A program made the translations under genes and the position numbers. The notes below the pieces were generated by a model, which was given only the letters and a program-made list of their open reading frames with translations, did not search any database and was not told the origin of the DNA. From the NCBI GenBank assembly GCA_010015585.1, contig ML975162.1: a stretch of 64,000 nucleotides of DNA; one strand, 5' to 3'. Positions 11,001 to 21,023 of this stretch are shown here, piece by piece. The DNA comes from Eremomyces bilateralis CBS 781.70 (Eukaryota). The stretch's first letter is position 1; every line of letters starts with the position of its first letter.

Positions 11001-11148
11001 TGAGGAGCTTAGAGAGATACCCACCGAGGGTGCTAGTACTCTGCGTAGCAGCGAGGCTATGCCTGAGCAAGCCAGCAGCGGCTTGAAGAGCAAAAGAGAC
11101 TCAATTTACACGCGCTTGAAAGGGAGGATGCATAGAAAAGATCTATAG
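8061..11148 (+). CDS. Fungal NLR (STAND): N-terminal candidate amyloid motif, NB-ARC-like NTPase, TPR repeats
   Basis: Exons 8061-8160, 8225-8375 and 8422-11148 (spans an N gap). Exon 1 is MQQTSEFTGGIHGDTVIAGTTTAAGGTTNFIIS. Exon 2 has VPFAPDPDFVDR. Walker A GLGGVGKSQ is split by intron 2. Also Walker B WTMILDNVD, GSILITSR, PLAITQAAAYI, MHALVQ, then 42-aa kinesin-light-chain-type TPRs (LG..HPDTL.S..NLA). Confidence 0.93.
9734..10932 (+). repeat. 126-nt (42-aa) TPR tandem array with high internal conservation
   Basis: Units start at 9734, 9860, [gap], 10201, 10327, 10453, 10579, 10705 and 10831. Near-identical units recur 378 nt apart (10201 vs 10579). Confidence 0.9.
9941..10200. other. Assembly gap (260 N) inside the TPR array
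   Basis: Run of N flanked by an identical 81-mer on both sides (9860-9940 = 10201-10281). Confidence 0.99.
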
Positions 11149-11245
11149 AATAGAGATATGACTCTGTTCTATTACTGATATAGTTTCCTAAGTGACATGC
11201 TGTACTGTGAAGAATAAATCATATGATTTGGATGGGTCTAAGGCA
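10716..11245 (+). repeat. Inverted repeat copy 2 (NLR 3' end plus 3' UTR)
   Basis: Matches the reverse complement of 5133-5659. Confidence 0.95.
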
Positions 11246-11473
11246 GCAGCCGCGCAGTTGAAATGATGGATTATGTAGTTTAGAAGGTGGGATTAATTAC
11301 AGATTTACATTGTTATCCCTGCAATGCGCTAAGACAAAGTAGGAAATTCTCTAGTTAGGAGGACCGCGTCGTGAGAACAAATCAAAACTGGAAACCAATT
11401 CTGCTGGCGACTGTACCGAGACAAGTTGACCGCACTCCCGTATCACATTGTAAATAACGTACCCGGCTAAAGA

Positions 11474-13255
11474 TTACATTTTGGCCTTGCGTTTTGGCTT
11501 CGGTGCCGCATTCCATCCGAAATTCGGTATCGCGTCCTTCCCGGACTCTATGATGACGTTGATCACCACCACCTTGTCCGACTTAAACCCAGCGACCGTC
11601 GCCTCCCGCAATTCCTCCGGCGTGTTGACAAAGAACCCGAGTCCCCCGCATGCCTCCGCTAGCTTCTCGTACCGCACCGCATACGTCAAGCTCGAGCTCC
11701 TCAGCGAGCCAAGCAGATCCCATTTCCCCTCCAACGTGCTGGCCTGCTTTTGCGCGTACTCCTCGCTAGAGTCGGCCACGCCCGAGTAGATCCCGCCATT
11801 GTTGATCACGTAGATCAGAACGTCCATCTTGTTCCGCGCCATCGTTTCGATCTCCATGGCGCTGAACCCGATCGCGCTGTCGCCTTCGAGGCACACGATC
11901 TTCTTTCGCTGCGACGCGGAGACGTTGGCATTGTAGACATCATGAGCCGCGATGGCGTAGCCGAGACCGGCGCCCATGGTACCGTTCGATCCCGCGTCGA
12001 GCCGCTGTCTAGGACTCTGGATGGGGAACGCAGTCCGGCTGATATCCATCGTGTTGCTTCCTTCTGAGACAAGGACAACGCGGGACTCGTCTGGCGGGGA
12101 TAATGAGTCGATCGTGGACCGGATGACTTTGTAGGCTTGTAAGTATGATAGCGGGAGTCCGGTTTTGGATTCCAACGTCTGGATTTGCGCCTCGTTCTTC
12201 AGCTTCGATGCCTCAAGCTGTTTCACGAACTGCCCGGCGTATTTGAAATTGTGTAGCTCAGCAAGCAGCTGTGGAACGACCAGGTTGATATCCCCTAGGA
12301 TGCTCAGCTCTGGATCGCCTTGATTTCGGCCTACCTCTTCCGCAGCAAGGTCGACTTGAATGATTTTTGCGGTAGGACTCCATTTCGGTACTGAGCCGAA
12401 TGCGAACATCCAGTTCAACCGCGCTCCGAGAACCAGCACTACATCTGCGTTCTTCAGAGCTGCCGATCGAGCCGATGAGATGTTGAGTGGATGGGAGTCG
12501 GGAACCACACCTTTGCCCATGGGGCTGGGAAGGAAGGGGATACCAGTCCGCCCCACGAGCTCACGAATGGCCAGTTCGGCTCTTCCATACGCCGCCCCCT
12601 TCCCAAATATGACGAGCGGGTTATTCGCTCCCCGCAAGAGCTCCGCCGCCCTCTTCACCCTCCTGGAATCGCCTTCGCTCCTCGGCGGCGCCGGAACGAC
12701 CCTGTTTTTCAGCGCCTCCATCTCTTCCTCCTCCAGGTTTTCCTGGATCAAATCCGCCGGCAGATCCACGAACCCCACTCCCGGTCGACCATACCACGCC
12801 GCTCGATACGCGTTCCGTACGCACCCCGGAATCTCCTCCACGCACCCGGGCCGCGTTGCCAACTTGACCCCCAACTCCCGCGCCCCCAGCAACCCTACAT
12901 GGTCCATCTCCTGAAACGCCCCCTTCCCCACCAGATACCGCTCACTCGACCCCGCCAACAGCAGCAGCGGCCAATTGTTCTCTGACGCATTGGACACGCC
13001 CGCCAGCGCGTGCACGACGCCCGGCCCGCCGACGACCAGACACACGCCCGGCGCCCCCGTCAGATACCCATGTACCGACGCTGCGTAGCTGGCCGATTGC
13101 TCGTTGCGCATGCCAATGAACCGGATCCCCGCGGCCATGCATGCCTCACCGACCTCGCCGATGGGGACGCCCACGAGGCCAAAGACGGTGCGGATGCCAA
13201 GGGAGTGGAGGGATTGGGCGATGACGGCGGCGCCGGTGGGAGGGAAGTTGGACAT
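11474..13255 (-). CDS. Thiamine-diphosphate enzyme, 2-hydroxyacyl-CoA lyase / oxalyl-CoA decarboxylase family (HACL1/PXP1-like), probably peroxisomal
   Basis: Intronless, 593 aa. Motifs FGLVGVP, MRNEQSASYAA, GAFQE, RLDAGSNGTMGAGLGYAIA and the TPP motif EGDSAIGF...NN. C-terminal -AKM fits PTS1. Confidence 0.9.
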   Translation of the reverse strand: MSNFPPTGAAVIAQSLHSLGIRTVFGLVGVPIGEVGEACMAAGIRFIGMRNEQSASYAASVHGYLTGAPGVCLVVGGPGVVHALAGVSNASENNWPLLLLAGSSERYLVGKGAFQEMDHVGLLGARELGVKLATRPGCVEEIPGCVRNAYRAAWYGRPGVGFVDLPADLIQENLEEEEMEALKNRVVPAPPRSEGDSRRVKRAAELLRGANNPLVIFGKGAAYGRAELAIRELVGRTGIPFLPSPMGKGVVPDSHPLNISSARSAALKNADVVLVLGARLNWMFAFGSVPKWSPTAKIIQVDLAAEEVGRNQGDPELSILGDINLVVPQLLAELHNFKYAGQFVKQLEASKLKNEAQIQTLESKTGLPLSYLQAYKVIRSTIDSLSPPDESRVVLVSEGSNTMDISRTAFPIQSPRQRLDAGSNGTMGAGLGYAIAAHDVYNANVSASQRKKIVCLEGDSAIGFSAMEIETMARNKMDVLIYVINNGGIYSGVADSSEEYAQKQASTLEGKWDLLGSLRSSSLTYAVRYEKLAEACGGLGFFVNTPEELREATVAGFKSDKVVVINVIIESGKDAIPNFGWNAAPKPKRKAKM

Positions 13256-14037
13256 TGTGGAAGGGTTGGAGACGGAATGAAACAGATGGGTGGATTACGG
13301 AAACATGCGATGACTTAGGACGCAATGCAAAAAACAGTTAGGTCCACATCAACCATCGGAAAGGCAGGAACGCGCGCTTTCTCATTATGATATTGATCGC
13401 AACTTCGGCTATGTCGGCCGTCGGGCGTTGAACGCGTGAGCTCTGGTGACTCGTGCGGGGAAAGGGAGTGAGGGTCGGTATCAAATGCCAGAATCCGAGG
13501 ACTAAGGAAGCTCGAGCATCAGTTACCTACCAGAAAATAATACATATATGACCTTAGATAATGATGTTACCTGAATCGCTGCGTTTGTGTGGATTTAATG
13601 CTCAAAACTGGTCGTGATAAAGGAATGAGGATTGACCAGGAATGGGTGGTTTGGTTGCTCTACCCCTGTCGATACGTCATTGCTGGATGGTTCGCAGACG
13701 ACTGCATGGAGGCAGAATTGATATCGGCACAATCAACATTCTCTTCATTGCTTGTCTGTGATTTCAAAGCTTATGGCGGAGTCTAAAACGCGTCCATACA
13801 TACTGATTGTTGTCTGATCTAGCTAGGGTTTCTGAGGCAATGTATATACACAATGAAGTAAAAAGCTGAAGTCTATTGCGCCGCAAAGATAGCAACAGGA
13901 AATCACACAGATCCTGCGGACTCGGGCCCGGTCGGTCCGCCGGATGCCAAATGCTCGCCAACAAAAGGACTACCGGTATGCCCATCCAAATGTATACGTG
14001 TAGCCACATTTAATGAGGGGTGTTTTTAAATCATCAT

Positions 14038-15338
14038 TCATTTCCCACCGACCTTGGCCTTGGCGGCGGTCTCTGCGAGCTTCTTCAGTTGCTCTTGGCG
14101 GATTTTGGCGACGTTGTTGAAGAGGACGAGGAAAAGGAGCTCCACTCTGCGGGGGGCGTCAGTACACTCTGCAAGACAGACGATGAGGGGAAACGGTAGA
14201 TTTACCTCTCCTTGGTCATCATCAGGAAACCTTGCACGAGAAGGCCCTTCACGATCTGGGGTCCAATGCCCTTGAACAAGCCCAACAGGCCTTCGTGCTC
14301 AACGATGTAAGCCATGACCTCGACAAAACCTTTGAAATGTTTGCCCCGTCGTGATGGCGGCGGTCGAGATTGGAGGCCGACCTTGGCCACGATGAGAGGT
14401 TGTGTTGCGATGGTGGCCATCATCTTGGACAAGGCGCCCAACACTAGTAATTCACATGTCAGTCATAACATCATCCAACGATTTCCCCAATCCACGCCAT
14501 AGGCTCACACCGGCCGTTCTCGGTAAAATGTTCACACGGTGGGAATGGGAAAGTACCTACAGAATGCCTCGCCCGCTTTCAACTGCTTCTTATCATCGAA
14601 CATCATCTCTCTTAACCGCTGATAGGCACCGTATGTGATGGCAGGGTTGACGACCAACACCAGACTGGCCTTAAGCCCTCTCCACAACCCTCTCCACCCA
14701 TCCTCGCCCTCGATCACCTCCATCGCGGTCTCGAAGAACCCCTTCCGGTCCTTCTTCGGCTGCGTCTGTTGCCTCGTCGTGGTCACCGCCACGGGGATTG
14801 TAAACAGCTGCGCGAGCGCGCCGGCCACCGCCCCCAGGCCCAGCTCGATCGCCGTCCCCGGGTGCTGGCTGCTTTTCGAGTACTTGAAGTAAAATGTGCG
14901 GACAATCGTGTACCAGTAGAAGTAGGCGAAGTTCGTGGACGCCACGCCGAGGAGGGAGCCGGCCATGCCAGCGTAGAGTCCGGAGACGCCCTCGTCCCCG
15001 ACGATCTTGTGGATGGCGTCCATAGCGGAGTGGTAATGTGGGTGGTGGTCATGTTCGTGATGGTCGTCTTCGGCGGCAACGATGGTACCGTTGGAATTCG
15101 AATGATCGTCCTTGGTGACCTTCTTCTTGACCTGGACTTGTAGACGGGTTTTCACGCTGTTCTCATAGGAAGATTCAGTCACTGCTACTTCAAGGTGATC
15201 CCTCATGCCAAGGGTTTAATCGGATTCATCTTACATGTCAAGAGGGTAGACGAGGGCATTCGCAATCACGGCACCGGTTGCGCCTGCTACGGCACTGCCC
15301 CATGGTGGAAGACGCTCGATCTTCGATGCTCCAGCCAT
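14038..15338 (-). CDS. ANT1: Peroxisomal adenine nucleotide carrier (mitochondrial carrier family)
   Basis: Multi-exon gene starting MAGASKIERLPPWGSAVAGATGAVIANALVYPLDI|VKTRLQVQ. Also STNFAYFYWY, GLKASLVLVVNPAITYGAYQ, ATQPLIVAKV and GLFKGIGPQIVKG. Confidence 0.85.
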
Positions 15339-16862
15339 TTCGAAGATTGTCGCAGGTGAGTATCACAAGGGCTCGTCCGCTCGGTTTGGCCGAGGGTGTT
15401 CGACGTTGGGTGGCCTCGAGTATGACGACTGCGGCTTCTGGTGGGGGGGGACGCTTTCGGGAAGGTAGGGAAGCCGGTTTGGAGGTTTGAACGGCAATGT
15501 TATCTCATACTTTTGGGGAGGGATTGGAAAAAAGAAGATAAATCAATCCCCGAAAATGTCCCAAGAAATGGCCCGGAAGTAAGCAATAAGAGACAGGCGG
15601 CTCAAGCAAGCACGAGAAAGAGGCGGGTGGGATTAAAGGTCATAGATATTGCGACCACGGGCCCATGTGGCCTTGGTTCGCAGTCCTGCGCTTGGGGGGG
15701 AATAAGTGGGAGGAAAATGGCGGAAGGGATGTCAATGTCCGATTTGACCTCGGTCCATCCGCGCCGATGGCGAATGCTAATCACCGCGTCTTTGGTTCCG
15801 CCGATTGAACCGAGTATGACGGGATATGGGCAGTTTCCATTCTTCGATAAATGGCGTGCACCAACCACCAATGTATCTCACCCACGTCTTTAAAATTATG
15901 GACGCTCGGATGTTGGAAAGACGCGAGACTCGCTTTTCATCTTGCGGATGGTGGAATGACATCGTGGATTGCTACCGAACATGAGTGGCACTGCCGATGA
16001 GTCTCCTGACAGTTCGGATTTATGGGATTCAATCATGTGGTCCATGTGAGAAGCTGACTCTTATCGAGTGCCGACAGTTTCAAACCGTTCTGTCAGTCGG
16101 ATCGATCTTACGCCCGTGAAAGCGATGGTAATTTGGCAATCGTCTGTCTATATATATTTACATGCCAACCCAGTTATTCGAGACCTGTCCACCGTTCTAG
16201 AAAATACCATCAAGTTTAATGCCAACTTTATGATACAGTTTCCAAAACAAGGCTATCCCTCTTGCCACTGCTCCTATATCTAGCCAGGGCCGCCGATAAG
16301 AAGAAGCTCTAAATAAAAGCACGAGAGAGATCATAAGTAAGAGGCGTAGAAATCTCAATAGCAGAAGCATCGATTCGAAGGACTGGGTTTCCAGATGCAT
16401 AAATCCTTAGAACGCGGCCACCCCATCGTGGAGCCAGTTAGGGTCCAGCTGGGTGGTGCATCCTCATTTGATCAAATATGTGTGCAGCATCTGTCGGCCA
16501 TGGTGCAGAGCCTCATCCGGCCGATAAAATACCGTTCCAACGGTGCCAGTTTCGAACTCCGAATAATGTAGCATAGCAAGTGCCTCCGGAGTCATTGGGT
16601 ATCAGTTCCTTGCGTAACGGAGAGTTTCCCCGGTAGGATATCAATAAAGATGAGACCTCAATCGCTACTTGTAGGTCTCCTGGCATCAGAAGAAGGTGCA
16701 GCGCAGACTGGTCTCTCACTGTATGTAGAGCATGTCAGGATCATGTCTATCCGTATCGTACAGTGGCTTTCGGAGGCTCTCCAGCCTTCCTCGCGGGAGG
16801 CGGACTCGTCCGTGTGTGGTAATGTAGTATGTGTATGGGGTTCATAGCACCAAAGCGGCCGC

Positions 16863-17269
16863 TCAAAGCCTCTTCTGATCTCGAGTTCCGTCTCTGATCT
16901 GGCGCTTCACCTCATCGGCGAAATGGTTCAAGAACGATGGTCCTGAGAATGTATACGTCAACCGGGGAACCGAATCCATCCATCCAAGCGAGAACACATA
17001 CGGTCGATATTTGTGCCACCCATTTCTTCCATCGGTTTGCCGTGGATGACTCGTCGGATACCTTTGTGCACGCTTCCGACGGCGCGATGGAACGTCGGGC
17101 TTCTTAGGAGCTGGATGTCGGGTTAATCGAATGGTCGCGATCGCAATGAGATTCAGAGGATCGACGTACGCGGGTAACAGCCCAGGCCTGGATAGAGTTA
17201 GTTTACGGCGTGTACTCCCACTGAGGGCGGCCATCTCACCTCGAAGACTTGCACCCAGATGTGGCGCAT
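16863..17269 (-). CDS. Small (78 aa) MRX7-like mitochondrial protein, four exons
   Basis: Exons 17269-17240, 17187-17170, 17110-17002 and 16942-16863 with GT-AG introns give MRHIWVQVFEAWAVTRLLRSPTFHRAVGSVHKGIRRVIHGKPMEEMGGTNIDRPSFLNHFADEVKRQIRDGTRDQKRL. The E.W...LL.SP.FHR.V pattern recalls the Mrx7 family. Confidence 0.75.
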
Positions 17270-18366
17270 CGCGATGGACCGGGCTGGGCGGAAAAGCAAG
17301 CCAAGGATGGATTGTGGGTATGATTCGTGTTTACGGAGCGACAAGTTCGGGGTCACTAAGGACGAACAAATGTAGCGTGTGATGTGATTGTTGGATGTTG
17401 AGGAGCAATCGGGATGATTGTTTGGAGTTGAATGGTCACGACGACGGTGGAGCTTTGAAGATGAATAATGCGCTGCACAAGTGTATCAAGGAGTCGCCTT
17501 CAATATTATTACGGTACAGTGGAGTATTTTGGCCACGTTATTTTACTACGTAGAGGCTCTTATTTTAGTTGACCGGAGAATGATGACTTCTCAATTCTCT
17601 ATGATTAAAGGAGTCCATCTCACCATTTCATATTCCCATACATACTGACATCCTGTATATACAACCAACCTCCTACCCACCTATTTATTAACCGGTACTT
17701 ATTTACCACCTTCCTTGAGTTTGTATTCCTGTACTTTGTAGCCACCTGCATCGAATCCGAAAACCATCTGCCCCGCCAAACCAGAACCCTCGACGGTCGC
17801 CCACCAAATCGACCGAACACGCCAGGCCACCTCCAATCCCTGCTACACTGCAGCCATCTCGATCATCATCGATTGCCTCTGCGGCGGGAAGTTTTTTGTT
17901 GCGAGAATCGGATTCATCGCTCTAGGCAGCAAAGAATCCTGTGTTACGTTCCTTCGCCGACTTATAAACCGCCTAGCCCCGATACCACAGTTCCTTATCA
18001 GGCGTCCCGACTACATTCATTCCACTAGCCAACCTGTAGTGTTAGGGTGACCAGGTGATAGTGGCATCTCACATTCTCTGCCTCCGATATCGACACCTCG
18101 GACCTCGACTCCCATCCACTTTTCCTTTCTCCGTCCGTCAACTCTCCAAACCATTCGCCGTGGCGTCCTTCAGATCACGTCGCGCCCCTCCGAAACTCTC
18201 CTTTCTCGAACCGCCCGCGAAGAGCAACACCTCCGATCCGAAGCTTCCACGATCACCACTTTCGCCTCGGCACGCCGTCCCGGGCCAGCCGCCCACCAAC
18301 ATTACCAAAGCCTCGCGATTCCACCGGATCCGCACCCTCACCCGGAAGAGCTCGAATGTCGCCAAA

Positions 18367-20050
18367 ATGTCGGGTGGGAGCCCGATTGGGGCCGTAGCGT
18401 CCCGGAGCCCGTCCCGGTCACGAAGAACGCCGAGTCCAGGTAGTGCGACATCCAGCGTGGAGGGTCAGCGATCGAGGATATCCACGCCGAGTGTGTCGCG
18501 GGTTGGAACGGTGCAGGTATCGGAACAGGATGAGGCGACCGCAAGGGAGATGGCGGAAGTCGAGGCGGCACTCCCTAGCTTCCTGAAGCAATCAAGATCA
18601 GGCAGGTAACATCCGGACGGAGCAGTTCGCCTATCGCTCTGTGGCATGCGGCCGAAGCTAACCGTCTATGTAACAGATATCCACAGCAAGTTCGTCGATC
18701 TCGAATGGCAGCAGCGAAATCGCCTGGCACAAGGCCTCCGGCCTCCCACACCTGGCGTTGAGAATCCCTCGCAATGGGTGCGCATGAGCGGAGAGGATGT
18801 CATCCAGCGAAACCGATACGTGAACGTGGACCCGTTTGTCAACAACCGTGTGAGGTTAAAGGTTCCTGAGGGCACCAGTGATTATATCAACGCAAGTCCA
18901 ATCGCGCTGGAGACCACGAAGTCGCACAAGGACATGCGATGGATCGCCACACAGGTATGGTTCACCTCTGCGCGAAATGAACGTGCTGTGGCCGGAAGCT
19001 GATGATGTATAATAGGGACCGAAAGAGCATTCTTCGCACCATCTCTGGCGCATGATCGCCGAAGAATCCGACCCTTCCGCTGGCCCTACCGTGATTGTGA
19101 TGCTCACGCAAACGTACGAGTCAGGCCGGGAGAAATGTTTTCCTTATTTTCCCGATTCCATGGAAAATCCGTTAATACAAATCAACGAATACGACGAGTT
19201 CGGCGACGGCTGGGGCGGAACCGTTCGGTTACTGAACATCGATGAGAATCCGGTCACCAAGTCGACGATCCGAGAACTCGAATTCGAAATCGTCCAGACG
19301 ACTCCTTCATCAAGCGATTCCTCATCCGCCGACCCGGCGGATCCAGGAACCGAACCATTACGACGGAAATTGAAAGTATGGCACCTTCTGTTCGCCGCAT
19401 GGCCCGACTTCCTTGTCCCTGAAGGCGACGACCGTGCCGCACTCGTCCGTCTCGTCGCCATGTCGCGGCTCAAAGCGCACCTGTCCCCAAGTCTCCAACC
19501 ACCGCTATCCATCGACGAAGCCGCCGCGCTCTCCCCCCTCGACACCCGGAACCTGATCCCCGATTTCTTCAAGAACGCGAAGTCCAAGGAAACCGCGCAC
19601 CCCACCCCCAACCCCCGCATCGTGCACTGCTCCGCCGGAGTCGGCCGCTCGGGCACCTTCATCGCGCTTGACTACCTCCTCACGGAGCTGGACGACGGCG
19701 TCCTGGACAGCGTGGCGGACGAACAGGACCCGATCGTGGACACGGTGGACCGGCTGCGGCAGCAGCGCATGATGATGGTGCAAGGGGAGGCGCAATTCGC
19801 GTTCCTATACGCGGTGCTGCGGGAACTGTGGGTCGAGCGGTGGAGACGGGCGACCAGGAAGGGGCGGCAGGGGTCGGCTGCCAGCGTGGGGGCGGGTTTG
19901 GCGGAGGGGGTGGGCGGGATCGGGTTGGTGAGTCCGGGTGGACTCGCGTCGCGTGACGGGGAGGGAGGGGAGGAGGCGAAGGAGAGGAGGATCCGGGAGT
20001 ATCGCGCGTTGCTGGAGGAGGAGATGAGAGACAATGCTGAGAAGATGTGA
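18367..20050 (+). CDS. Classical protein-tyrosine phosphatase (Ptp1/Pyp-like)
   Basis: Motifs RNRYVNV, DYINAS, IATQ|GP, WPD loop (AWPDF), HCSAGVGRSG and LRQQRMMMVQ. Introns 18602-18676 (GC donor) and 18955-19015. Start codon uncertain. Confidence 0.88.
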
Positions 20051-20447
20051 GGGTTTTAGGTTTGGGATTGGGGCGTTGGTACGTTTCATGAATGATGTAT
20101 GCATGCTATGGGGTGTATGGCTGGTTACATGACTGGTCGGCAGGTTGGGGCGGTTCGATAGATAGCATTCGGAGGTGCATGAGATAGATGGGTCTGGTGG
20201 GATGCATTCACGCTCAGTATCTTCAATGTATGTATATCGGTGAACGCCGAAGAACGCATCGGGCTGCTCATCACCCTTCATTCCGTCCCGCGTCCTATCC
20301 GTGGGATATCGACGTTTCGATATTCGTACATGCGCCCCAATGACCCCAAACGCTCAAATCGTCGAGAATCGTGCATGCTATCCCGCACCACCATATCGAA
20401 ATAAACGCCGTTCAGATATCAAACTCCATCCCCCACCTCGGGACTCC

Positions 20448-21023
20448 CTACTTCTTCCCATATTTCTCCTCCAGCGTCCGAACATACGCCTCGGTCCTCT
20501 GTACCGCGCTCTGCAACGCCTGCGCCTCGCATTAGCATCTCCGCAAGGTCTTTGAATTTCAATTCATCACGTACGTAGATATCTTGGGTCAACAGGCTGT
20601 TCGACACCCGGTATTCTTCCATCACGTAGTAGTACATTCCGCTGCCGGCGAGGACGGAGCCGAGGAGGAAGCCTAGCAGACTGCTCGTAGAGAAACGACA
20701 TGTATCAGCATGTCTCTGACGGCAGATAGCGATTTCAAAATGCATGGCATCTTCATTTCGTAACATTTTTTGCCATCGCATGCAGGCGAATGCCCATCTG
20801 GTTGTCCACGCAAATCCACATCCCCTCTTCCCAAAAAGCACGACCAATCAGCATATCAGCAGACAACTCACCCTCCTCTAAAAGCCCCCACCGGCCTCTT
20901 CGGAGCAGCCTCCGCCACCTGAGCCAGACGCGCTGTGCTCTGGAAGCTTCGCGTGCTGCGGAACGCGGTCGATATGGCTGGTTGCCGGAGCGCGAGGGCT
21001 CGTGATGCGAGTCGGGCGGACAT
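20448..21023 (-). CDS. Small conserved fungal single-pass membrane protein with a mitochondrial-presequence-like N-terminus
   Basis: Three exons: MSARLASRALALRQPAISTAFRSTRSFQSTARLA...KRPVGAFRGG|LLGFLLGSVLAGSGMYYYVMEEYRVSNSLLTQDIY|ALQSAVQRTEAYVRTLEEKYGKK*. Confidence 0.75.
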
